Positions 52,782 through 63,793 of a stretch of DNA of 64,000 nt are shown here, in pieces. Under the pieces are notes generated by a model that ran no database searches, was not told where the DNA came from, and worked only from the letters and a program-made list of their open reading frames with translations. The position numbers were made by a program, and so were the translations under genes. The first letter of the stretch is position 1, and each line of letters opens with the position of its first letter. The stretch is taken from positions 248,001-312,000 of the forward strand of contig CAUYUJ010000325.1 of assembly GCA_963575745.1 (NCBI GenBank), given 5' to 3'. Origin of the DNA: Prorocentrum cordatum. Its lineage: Eukaryota.

Positions 52782-55722
52782 CTACTGAAGGCGAAGGTGA
52801 AGCGGTTGCCGAACCCAATCAAGCATTTCTTGAGCAAGACCAAAACGAAACTTTTTGTCCCGGGAGCCCTGAGGGGAGAATAAGGTGGTCCAGGCATCCT
52901 TGTCATACCTGAAAACATATCCCCTATGCGAGCGAGAGAAGGTACGGCTGCCCCCAGAGTTATCAAAGGAGCGATTCTGAATGACCCAATGCTTGCAATA
53001 TTGAAACAGCCTCGACGAAAAATCTTCTGGATGTCTTTGCATGTGTGAAACCCAACTAATAGCTGAATCCAAATGAAAAATAGCCCAAGAAACATCTTTG
53101 TATCCCTTGGTTCTACGATTTCTGCGTAAACTAAACTGTTCGGGAGATTCCCCAGGGAGCCTTTTGAGTTTCAACATGATCCTGATACATTGATTTTGAG
53201 CCTTGGTAATCAAATCCGCCGTCGTCTTACAAGGGACCCAGGCAGCACCTCTGGAGCGGATAATCCCCCCCGCCATACAGTTAAGTTTTGAGAGACGTTT
53301 TGACATGGGGATCTGCTCGCTGATCAAGAACCTACTGTTAGCCCAAAAGGCTTTGTTAATCTGTGAAATACCCTGCTTGACATCTTCGTGACAGGATCCA
53401 GTGGCAGAGAGAATCGGACCCAACACCTTAGCCTCCGGTACAACAGACCAAGTTTTCCCAAAGGGATCGGACCAATTGTATCCTTGAAAGAAATAGGGGT
53501 AGGCCGGAAGGATTTCCCGATCGTCTTTGAGTTTGAGCCGATGTTCATTCCAGAGCTCCGACTCTACCAGTGCAGTCAGAGTTGCAAGGTCCTGTTCCGA
53601 GGACGCCACCACGAAGATATTATCTGACCAGCTGAGAAGGGCAATCCTGAAATTGAAGCCCAACTGCTCACAACGGATAGAGATTCCCAAAGAAGAATGG
53701 GTGATTTTCTCCAGGGGGGAGGCGAAGCAATCTTCTACGGAAACGCGCGCCAGTATGCATGCAGTCCCAGCTCCCTGCATCAACCCACGGTCTCTCTGGA
53801 TAATCCCAGTGTTTGAGTCCAAAAGAGAGATGAGACTCGAGGGTTCCTATGCAATCTGATGCAGCCAACTGCTAAGAAAAGAGGGACTCCCCGTCCCAGT
53901 AGACTCCGCAGGACTAATCCATAACGAATCTGATCGTGGTGAGCTTTGATGTCAGTAATCCCAACCATTCCTTTGTTAAAATGATCTCGGCCGTATTCTA
54001 AAATGTGATAGACACTGGTATGAAGTTCTTGTAATTGTCCACCTTTGCTGAGCCCAAAAATAAGACCTTTGAGACCTTTTGAATCAGTGTATGAATCCAA
54101 AACTGGCAGAATGGCCCTTGCCACATATGCGTGCCCGATCTTGGCAATTGCTGGCTGGGGAATGACATCTCTGGTTTGAGAGGGGTTCCAAAACCCTTGA
54201 TCTTGTTACCCAGGTGGCCCCCGAATGTGACATCATTCCAAAATTCGGGATCGCCTAAGCAGGCCTGTATACACCCCGTGAGCCTCTGGGACCATCCCGA
54301 GGCTTTTACTACCGCCGTACAGGCGAACTCTGTGTCGATCTTACGGGGTGCCTTGATGTTGTCCAGCGCGTCTTCCAGCAGGGAAGGAATGATGGGGTCG
54401 TTGTAGAAGTTGAAGAAACCCAAAGAGCGAAGCCAGGCGAAGTCCTCTTGCCGCTCCGATTCTGAGAGCCCCCACCTCTCGCTGTATTCTTCAGCCACCA
54501 GTTTGGTACAGCGGTCCACTTCAAAAACCTTGACTTGATCTACACAGAAACCCAAAATGGGTAGGAGTGTCTTGCGGGAGGCCCAGACCTGTTTTCCTTG
54601 AGAGGCGTTGAGCGCAACCTGAGCCAAATCGCGTTGAAGTTTAGTTATTTTGAGAGCTTTCAAGAGGAGCTGACCCAATGAGACCCTCGTGGCTTCGTTA
54701 AGTTCGGAGTTGAACCGCGTCCTGAGACTCTTGACCCAAAATGGCTCTTCGGCAAATCTCCTAAAACTCCTTGGGAGAGCCTGAGTCGCTTCATAAACCT
54801 GGCCCAACATGTTTTCCCAGAAATCAAAGGAGAGGGTGAGGTCCCTTGGGTCATGATACCTGACCGCACATGAATCGGGCTGTTCTTCGCCATTTAAACG
54901 AATAAGTTCCGATGGTTCGGGAAACAGACCTTGGGCGATCTTCCTAACCTCCAAAATGTTTGTAGGAGTCCACATGTGAGGTCTCTTCTTACGCATCTGC
55001 TGGTGAAAGGCCAGCACATCACAGCCAACAAGAGCATGGTCCCCTGGGACGCCCGCCCAGCGGGCGAAACAATCAAAAGTGAGATCACTCCTGGCGAGAG
55101 CTATGTGATCGATCGTGCTGTTGGCCTGAGAGAGCGCCTGATCACCATCAGGCTTCCTAGTGAATTGCATGGAGGTCTCTTGGAACCTGAGAGGACACCA
55201 ACGGAGATTGAGGCATGAACAAGCTTCACTGAATGATCGGAATTTCGGATCTCCGTTACCTTGATCGGCATTCATGTCCCCCAACCAAGAAAGAGTAGAC
55301 CCCACGGGGCGGGATCGACCGAGTTGGATGGCACAGTTGAGAGAATCATGGAAAAAATCGTGGGCAATATGAGAGAAGAGAAAGGATCTGGCATGATGGT
55401 GGCAACCATCGAGACAGTCGGGACGAAGATCAACACGGATAGATCTCCAATCGCAGACAATGTCTTTCACACGTTTTCTCAGAGATTTGTGCACAAGCAC
55501 GCCCATGGCCCTACACCCAGGGCCAGAGTGATGGCGGTAGTAAGCGCGGCCATTGAAAACAGGGCGTAGTAGCCCATCGTTTTGAAGACAGCCCTTAAAA
55601 TCCGCCTCTAAGATACAAATTAAGCCCCAGCACTTCAGCTCGAGCAAATCTAGGTTGGCTTGCATTTGAGTCTCGTCGGCCCATTTACCCTGCACATTGA
55701 GTGCACATACGAGACCCCTCAC
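52782..55722 (-). mobile_element. APE endonuclease plus RT, copy 2 (consensus ~980 aa)
   Basis: N-terminal APE motif LVCALNVQG is intact; frameshifts at ~54180 and ~53830 differ in position from those of copy 1. Confidence 0.92.
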
Positions 55723-57429
55723 GTGAGCATCTCAAAGAGATAGTGCTTCGTCGATTGTGTCTTTGAGCGTCTTACGGAGCGCTTCGTCGGGAGGTGGAGG
55801 TGCGTGGAGGAGGAGGTGCCAGAGGAGGAGGAAGAGGAGGTGGACGTATTCTATAAGTTCGCCTGCCACAGGCACGCGATCGGGGCAGGGGCATCGGGGG
55901 CTGGGAAATAATTATCTGGCGGCCCCCCTCTATTATGCAACAGTCCGCCATCCTGGTCAGGGCGCCTCGTATACACTTCTGCCCCATTCTTCCTCTCCCA
56001 CCTCCTCTTCCTCCTCCCTCTCCTTCCCGTCCTCCTCCCGCCCTACCCTGCCCCTTATCCTCATTATTCCCCTTTTCCTTCCTCCTCCATCACTTCTTCG
56101 TCCTGCTCCCCCCCCTTCCTGCTCCTCTTCCTCCTTCTCTTGATCCTGCTCCTCCCCCCTCCTGGATGGGCCGCTGGGCAGGTGGCGCGAACGACGAGAT
56201 GGGCCAGATGGAGGGGGCCCGCTGACGGTGAGAGGCACCGTCTCGCTTCCTCGCGCCAGCCGGCCTCGATGCTCGCTCCCCATGTCTCATTATCCTCCAC
56301 ATCCTCCTTCTCCTTCTCCTTCTGCAGGTCTCAATTGGGCGGCGGTCCTCTATGGCCGACGCTGGTTGCGCCGACGCCTGCGGCCCTGCTGCGCACCGCG
56401 CTTGGGCGGCGCGGCATAGAAATTCTTGGCCGTGCCCGAGTACCCGCACACGTTGAAGCAGCTGAACACTGTCTGCTCCAATCGCCTCCTATGGGCCCGC
56501 GACGCAGCCTGCCGCAGGGTAAGGTTCAACGTCTCATCCACAAACGTGGAATACCAAGACGGGTTGCCAAGATTCCAAGACCTGCGTTGAGCGCGAACCA
56601 ACGTTATGCAACCCCGCCAACCCCATACAAGGAGTAAACTAATAGCGTCAGATGGTTTCCTCCTTGGGGGAACGGTTCGCCCCCGCCCTCCCCCCCCGAC
56701 ATCTTGCGCCCGAAACTTTCCGCCCCTCTGCCTTTCTATCCCCCGCGCGTCGGCGCTTGGCCAGGCCAAGCGATGAAATCAAACTATTGAAGAAGTCTCA
56801 GGCGGGCGCCGAACTGGATCGCGAAGTAACTGCACCTTGCATGCCTACCGAATTTCTTCTCGCCCTCGCACGCGCGCGGGCGCCGTCCTATATCAGGCCC
56901 GTTAGGCCTGAGTTGGACCCCTACGAACCTCGACGCTTACTATTCATTTCGACCATATTCCCCCATCCCCCCCCCCCCTACTCCTCCTCCCCCCATCCGT
57001 CTCCCCCTCCTGCGCGTGGCCAGGCGGGGGCGCGCGCGGCGTTGGGGATATGCGACGCACTCGCGACCCATCCCCCCGCCCACCCCCTTCTCCCCCCCCC
57101 CCCCCCTCCCCCGCGGGAGAGGGGGGGCGGGGCGATGGCAGGAGGCGAAGGAGGAGGGGGTGGAGGAGAAGGGAAGAGGAGGGAAGGAAGGGGCAGATGA
57201 GGATAAGGAGAGGGAGGAGAAGATGAAGCGCGGGGGAAGTGGATGACGGGAAGGTGGAGGAAGCATGCGTTCCCCTCTCGAAATGGCACCCCGATCAGGT
57301 CCCCGAGCTCACCATCCTGCAGGCGCTTCGGCCGCTCGCTTTTTGCCTGCCGTGAGAACCCCCTCTCCCATCCCTCCCCTCTCCTCCTTCCTCCTCATTC
57401 CCTCTTCCCTCCTCCATCCACTATCTCTT

Positions 57430-57472
<43 letters not shown>

Positions 57473-57635
57473 TTTGTAGTCTCGGCTCGAGAGTACCCTG
57501 CACTCAGACCGCAGCCGCGACGCGAAGCGCCCCGCCTCGGAGTCAGACTCCCAGGCCTCGCGACACCGGAGGGGTCCCAGCAGGACCCTACTGATTCGCG
57601 TCACCTCTTCCCCCCCCGCCAGAGCGCCCGCCGCA

Positions 57636-60199
57636 ATGGCCCCCGCCAAGCCGGAGCGCCGTCGCTCTTCCAAGCGGCCGCCGAGCTCACGTCCTGCAGC
57701 TGAAGGGTCTCTCCTCCAACGCAAACAGGACTGCATTGCAGCTTTCAAGCAAGCGGGGTCTGACCGCCCCACGGCCGCATACAACGGGCTCGCCGAGCTG
57801 AACGCGGACGAGCTGCAGGCCACGTACGACATGCACAAGACCAACACAAAGAAGCTAGGCAGCGCCTTGATCCGCATGTGTGCCGCCAACCAGATCAGCT
57901 ACACGCTGGATCACCACCAGCGCAGCAAGCCTAAGCGCAGTGGTGGTGACACACCCTACCCACCAGCTGCGTCCGCACGTCTTCAGGCTGCGGACGCCCA
58001 ATTCATTGCCTTGGACCCGGCCTTCTGGAAGGTCCCAGTCCTGGCCGAACCCACATCACTCGACGACGGCAAGACGTACAAGCCCAGCATCAGCCTCCTC
58101 GACTACGAGAGTGGCGAGCGGCTGCTGCAGCACCATCTCGAGCAGGGTAAGCGTACCACGGGTCAGCTCGCGATCGCTGTCATGGGCCCAAAAAACGACA
58201 ACTACGTCGGCACCGAGCTCGCCGTCCCCGTGCTGAATCGCCACCCCAAGGCGCCCAATGTGGTTCACACGCACGTCCCCGTGACCGTGTACCAGCTGGG
58301 CACCAAGGAAGTCGCCTGCACGGAAAAAGTAGCCGTCGCCACCATCGATCCTGCCGACCACGTATGCTGGATTCGGGTGACCATACATGAAACCGAAGCC
58401 ATCGCCGAAGTCCCCTCCATGCATCAGGCCTTCGAGGACCAGTTCTCGGGAGGTGCCCCCGTGAACGGTGGTCCACGCGCCAAGGGTCCTTTCCGAAGGG
58501 ACTCCGCTCCACAGGACAAGGCGCGCCAAAACCAAAAGCACAGGGAGTCCAAGAAAGACGCTCGCCGCCAGGAGCTCGATATTCAGCTCCAGGACACCTT
58601 CAAGGCCCTCTTCCACGGCAACTTTAAAGCCGTCACCATCCTCGAACCCTGCAAAAGCCTAGGCAGGTTTGGATCGGGCGTCGGAAAGAGGTCCCTGGCT
58701 GCCACCTTCGGCGTCAGTCTTCAAGCGGTTGACAAGGTCTTGGCGGGTTCAGGGCAACTCGGCGCCACCTACGACCTCAACAACGTAGGTGCAGACGAGC
58801 CCACTGCAGACAAGTACCAGACCGTGTGGTTCCCTGAGGACCAGCCCATCGCGATGGCAGATGCGTTCCAAAAGTCGGTGGACTTCAAGGCCCTAGGAAT
58901 CGTCAGGCACGGCAAGTCAGGCTTATTGGGGATCCGTGTTGCACGAGGGTCAGACGCCGCCAAGGCTGCTGCCATCCGTGGCTGTGAAACCACCCTCGCC
59001 AAGACGCGATACCGCATTACTGGCATTGCGGCACGCCACGCCACGCTGACCCAGCTTGCTAAGACTCTCACGGGCCCGTCCGTCAAATGGGACTGTGAGG
59101 TCTACCACACCGCCTGGGGCCAGCCACTTCGGCTCAGTTTGCCTTAGTGCGCGCCCATCGTCCCCCACCCACATATACGGTACAGGTCGCAGGGTGCCCC
59201 ATCCCATGGAGCATCACCGAGGCCCCGTTGGCTGAGGTGGTGCCGAAGAGGGACAACGTTACCATTGTCACCCCTACCACTATCACAGAGCCTGTGACGC
59301 CGCCAGCCCGTGGTGGTGGCTTCAGCCCCGCCACGGGCACACTCCTAACCAAAGCGGCCCAGAGCCCTTACCTCCACGACCTCATGACTGCCACGCCCAA
59401 AGGCAAGGGCGTCGCACCGCTCCCGATCCCCACGGAGGAGCCTCTAGCCAAGCGCCACCGATCCTCCAGCGGGAAACGCGACGCCACGCCGCACGCAAGA
59501 TCACACGGCGCCCCAGGCCGCAGCTCCTCTGCACCCCCGCACGGCACGGATGGAGCTGCCGAGCAGACGGCCGTCCAAGGACCAGGGGGGCATGACCCGC
59601 AACTTGGCACGGTGGCGGCTGAAGGCGGGGGCCACACGGAAGGGGGCGTTGCCACAGCCGCCGAGGTACCAGGCGACGATGACGACGTCGAGATCCTCTC
59701 ATCAGGGGATGAATTCAGCGTGGCATCTCGCGAACTGAACACCCTCGGCGAACGCTTCGCTACGGCCCCTAAACTGTCAGATGCCGCCACGACCCGCATC
59801 CAACACATGGAACAACAGCACGAGCTGCTTGCCAACACGGTGGATAACATGCAGGCCCAGCTTGCGGGCGTTCTCTCATCCCAGGTCACACTCACGGAGC
59901 ACGTTTCAGGTTTGGAACGAGGGCTTGCCACCGTCGTCACTCAGCAACAGACGGCAACTACCGAAGCTGCTGCACTGCGTGGCGACATCCAGGCCCTCCT
60001 CGGGCACCTCACGGGGGGCACCATCCACCTGCCACAGGTGGCCACCCTCGAAACCAAAAAGGAGGAAGCTGCATCAGTTGCCGATCCCGTGGCTGTCTGC
60101 GGGTGGATCGACCAGCCAGGCCAGGTCACCCCAGGGACGGGGCCCCCAGGGGCTGACAAAGGCAAAGACAAGGGGCGGGCCACACAGGAACCCTATTGA
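57636..60199 (+). CDS. LINE ORF1/gag-like protein, ~855 aa with one frameshift at ~59118
   Basis: Long intron-less frame: LDPAFWKVPV, VYQLG, LGIVR..LGIRV, RYRITGI..L..W (RRM-like alternation), disordered linker, C-terminal coiled coil RIQHMEQQHELLANTVDNMQAQL. Many inter-copy substitutions are synonymous. ORF1 identity is an inference. Confidence 0.65.
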
Positions 60200-60460
60200 A
60201 GGTGCCTCAGAGAGCCCGCCTCAGCCCTCCGAGGAAGCGCCTTCAGAGGCATCCCTTCTCACTTCTCGTCGTACCTCCTCCTTGCTATTTCATGTCATTT
60301 TTGGCAGCAGCACGAGCAAGCTACCTGGTGTAGGGACACCTGTCATCTTGCTGTGGGTGTGTTTGTTGCAATGTACATGAGCATGCAGGGGTACCTAAAG
60401 ATGCGTGCTGACATGCAGCTTTTGGCTCATCGCTCGCGCCGCCCGCCAGGCCTCGCCATC

Positions 60461-60760
60461 ATGTGGCGCCTTGCTCGCAGCCTGGCCCTCCCCTCGCTCG
60501 CTGGAGCACACCCGTCTTCAGGCGGTGCGCCCCAGCATGGAGGTGGGTTTCTCCTGCAGCACGTGGAACGTGCGTCCCTTTTCTACCTCTACGATGACAG
60601 CATCTACAAGTACGATCACTGCACCATTTTGGACCCGCTCGTGAACAGCACCGTAGCCGCGGGTCCGTGCGGCAATAGGCCAGGCACACAGTGGCGGCTT
60701 CAGCCCCGCTGTTGTGCCCCGCTATTGCCCTACGGGTCTCACCACTCCCCTGTGCGATAG
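60461..60760 (+). CDS. Small cargo ORF, 99 aa, unknown
   Basis: First ATG after SL-like GCAGCTTTTGGCTCA (60415-60429). Confidence 0.35.
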   Translation: MWRLARSLALPSLAGAHPSSGGAPQHGGGFLLQHVERASLFYLYDDSIYKYDHCTILDPLVNSTVAAGPCGNRPGTQWRLQPRCCAPLLPYGSHHSPVR

Positions 60761-62342
60761 GGGCGAACCCGAGGAGGACCCTGCTTTCTGGCACCTGATG
60801 ATGATCCGCGCCCGGCTCATACCGTGTGCTGCGGCGTGGGCACCAGGTGAGGATAACCAGGACATGTTCTGGGCATGGCTCGAGGACTGCGTCCCGTACA
60901 TCCTGGCGACGCTCCATCTGCCACCGTACGATCACCTCTTCCTTGAGGCGTCCGAGGACACCACCGACGCCCTGCGTCATCGCACCGCGGTCGACATGTG
61001 CGAGGACATCTGGCACAGAGCGGGCCCCGACAGGCAGCGCATCAACCGCAACCTCACTCGTATCCAGAGCAGCCGCGAGTACGCCACCCGCTATTTTGGC
61101 CTCCTTCTGGAATACCAGGGCGCTCGTGCCACTCTCGTCGGCCCTGGGGCTTTCACGGCACCTTTGCCGCCATACCTCTCACGGGCCCATGCTCTGCTGC
61201 CAAGAGGCCTCCCTCCACCCGACCAAGACGCCATGGCGTACCTCGCCGACGTGATCCTGCACCAACCGCCAGACATGCTGCCGCTCGTCGAGGCGGAGCT
61301 CGCCGCGGCGCCGATGGACGGCACCGATCAGGCCGCAGATGACCCCGTATCATGGCTGCTTCAGCACATCGCGGCCAGCGATATCGGCAACACATCCATG
61401 GACTCGTTCCACGCGTCGGAAGATAGCCAGGACGGCATAGATACCCAGGATCGAGAAGGCACGATACCACCAGGCGACTCGGCCCAGCGTGACCGCGACA
61501 GTGAACCCTACTTTGGGCACACCTCGTTGCAAAGCAGTCCGCCCCACACCTCAGCTCAGGCCGACCCCAGCGCACGGCTCAACGACGCTGAAGGCGTCAC
61601 TGCCGCTGACGTGCCAAGCCATTCCACTGCATCGCCAGCTCATGCCAGCCCGTGCAGTGGCGGCTTCAGCCCCGCTGCACCACTGGCTAGACCTGGACAT
61701 CCCCAGACCGCAGGTGGCAGCACCACGCCCTTCACCTCCGTACACCGTGACAACGTGACTGACCCCAACCCCAGTGCCATTGACCACTGGCAGGCCGACA
61801 TCGACAACGACCCCATCGATGATGAGTACCCAGATGCCAGCGGTTCTCACGAGCCACAGCACAGCGCAGCGGCATCACGACATTGTGGCTGCCTCATCTG
61901 CCTCTTTGTGGCCACGTACGCCATCGCGATAGCAATGCCGTACAAGGACCAGATCGATGGGTACTTGCCGACACCGAGCCGAGACCCCAGCTACCGACAA
62001 CGACGACGACGCAAAGCGACGGCACCAGGCCCATCGGTGTCCACCACAACCCGACGCAAAACGACATACAATGTCACGTCCACATTGTGGGCCACTCTCA
62101 AATGGACCAGCGTCAAACTCAGAGATAGCGTCTCGGGCGGAGCCACTGCAGTCGGAGTCGGCCTCGGGGGTGTCCTTAAATGGGCCAGCGGCAAGCTAGG
62201 GGCTATTGCCACGGGTGGAGTCGTGTGTGGTCTTCTACTCGTCGGTGCCAAACTTCTTGCCCAGGGAGCTGTCGGACACGTAGGAGCCCGCATCTGTGCG
62301 CGGGCCCTGGACTCATCCACTGCCCAGTGGTGCCTCCGCTGA
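60714..62342 (+). CDS. Cargo ORF, up to 542 aa: Trp-containing helical N-domain, acidic disordered middle, hydrophobic/Gly-rich C-terminal segments
   Basis: 1.6-kb open frame in non-repetitive sequence; hydrophobic stretches CLICLFVATYAIAIAM and AVGVGLGGVL..GGVVCGLLLVGA. Confidence 0.7.
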   Translation: MPRYCPTGLTTPLCDRGEPEEDPAFWHLMMIRARLIPCAAAWAPGEDNQDMFWAWLEDCVPYILATLHLPPYDHLFLEASEDTTDALRHRTAVDMCEDIWHRAGPDRQRINRNLTRIQSSREYATRYFGLLLEYQGARATLVGPGAFTAPLPPYLSRAHALLPRGLPPPDQDAMAYLADVILHQPPDMLPLVEAELAAAPMDGTDQAADDPVSWLLQHIAASDIGNTSMDSFHASEDSQDGIDTQDREGTIPPGDSAQRDRDSEPYFGHTSLQSSPPHTSAQADPSARLNDAEGVTAADVPSHSTASPAHASPCSGGFSPAAPLARPGHPQTAGGSTTPFTSVHRDNVTDPNPSAIDHWQADIDNDPIDDEYPDASGSHEPQHSAAASRHCGCLICLFVATYAIAIAMPYKDQIDGYLPTPSRDPSYRQRRRRKATAPGPSVSTTTRRKTTYNVTSTLWATLKWTSVKLRDSVSGGATAVGVGLGGVLKWASGKLGAIATGGVVCGLLLVGAKLLAQGAVGHVGARICARALDSSTAQWCLR

Positions 62343-62384
62343 TGCCAACCGAGCAGGAGGCCGAGGGACGAGGCCACATACAAA

Positions 62385-63572
62385 ATGCCGTGCACGCTCG
62401 CCGACGAACACGACGACCAGCATGTGCACGCACTCCGACATCCGCTGCTACAGGAACACTACGCCGCAGCAGTTGCCGCCGCAGCCGCCGACGTCACCAC
62501 CGCCACCACCGCCGCCATCGTCGAAGTCACTGCCGCCGTATCGCGAGCCTCGTCTGTCACACCAAGATCGACCAGCCCGACTCCACGAGACGGCTCCAAG
62601 AGCGGCGCGACATTCGGCAACCTACCGACTAACGAGGATGCCACAGCACACGGCAGCGACACCGAGGCAAGGGAAACGCGTGAACGCACCCATAATAGCC
62701 CGTGGTCTATCTTCCGACACGCTGACGCTCGTGGTTCCTCCCCCGACGCGGACACCCAACCACCACGACGGCGAGCACGCTATGCATCACCCGACAGGCC
62801 CCAGGCGCCTTCAGGCCCTGGTACGCCTTACACTGCCCTCAAGCCACCGACACGCAACTTACGCAACACCATTCAGCGCGACCCAGCGGTCCCCGAGCCG
62901 CCGAAGAGCATACTTAACGCCCTGTATCAAAACGGCTTTGCGCTAGGGAACAGTGGCGTGTCTACAGAGGACATCAAAGACGCTCTACGACTCCACGACC
63001 ACCCTCGATTCACTCATGATCCAACACTCCAAGCGCTGGGGCCGTGGACGGACATCATGCAGAGGCCACCGAACCGCCTCACTTGGGTGCTCGAAGACTC
63101 GGGCGGAAACCCGGGCGAGACAATCTTCCCATACCTCACGTGGGACCTCCGCCAACCCACCACCGACGCGCCCACTGTCTTCTGGCATGGGACCCGCGGC
63201 GACCTTGCGGCCCGTCTTGCTGCCAGTGGAGGGCACCTCTTGCCAGGCCCCCGCCGTGAAGCGAAGGGCCGAACTGGCACCAACGTTGGCCGCACGTACG
63301 CGAGCGTGCACCCTTCGCTTGCCGCGTGGTACGCAATGCCGCCCCACCCGCCTTACAGTCTTGAAGACGACGCCCTCGCGTGGGGACCCATCGCACTCTG
63401 GATGTGCGAGGCCACCCAACCACCGCGCGGGGAAAACAGGCACAACTACGTGAAAGGGGAGGCCCACGGAGCGCGCCTCATTTACCCTCGGGTCCTGAGC
63501 CTCCTCATCCGCATGGACTGGTGTGCCCCCACAGAAGCTGCTTCCAGGTGCCGTGCCCTTCCACACGCCTAA
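62385..63572 (+). CDS. Cargo ORF, 395 aa, with C-terminal ADP-ribosyltransferase (PARP/H-Y-type)-like domain
   Basis: VFWHGT (His codon at 63186) ... GRTYAS ... LAAWYA ... NYVK, matching the order and spacing of the H-Y-Y NAD-binding motifs. Confidence 0.65.
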   Translation: MPCTLADEHDDQHVHALRHPLLQEHYAAAVAAAAADVTTATTAAIVEVTAAVSRASSVTPRSTSPTPRDGSKSGATFGNLPTNEDATAHGSDTEARETRERTHNSPWSIFRHADARGSSPDADTQPPRRRARYASPDRPQAPSGPGTPYTALKPPTRNLRNTIQRDPAVPEPPKSILNALYQNGFALGNSGVSTEDIKDALRLHDHPRFTHDPTLQALGPWTDIMQRPPNRLTWVLEDSGGNPGETIFPYLTWDLRQPTTDAPTVFWHGTRGDLAARLAASGGHLLPGPRREAKGRTGTNVGRTYASVHPSLAAWYAMPPHPPYSLEDDALAWGPIALWMCEATQPPRGENRHNYVKGEAHGARLIYPRVLSLLIRMDWCAPTEAASRCRALPHA

Positions 63573-63793
63573 GGCATGGGCGACTGCGCGCACGCCCTCC
63601 ACATCGCTGGCTACGATCATCCAGATCTCCGTGAGGCGGCTGAAGCTCACGACCAGGAAGCTAGCACCAGGCGCAGATCAACCATCGCGGCAGCATGGCC
63701 ACCACCGCAGGCGCTCTACTCCCCAGAAGCGGCGCGAGCATGGGCCAAACAGCACGACGACACGGAAGCAGCCACCAGGGACGACCCTAACCA

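Larger units (their letters stand above)
50814..59414. repeat. Direct duplicate of 42107-50713 (~8.6 kb)
   Basis: Colinear near-identity; the duplication endpoints coincide exactly with the gap edges. Confidence 0.97.

Noticed and set aside
42107..59414. LTRs or a proven tandem array
   Set aside because: The repeats contain whole ORFs and end exactly at the N-gap edges; the tandem arrangement cannot be trusted without spanning reads.
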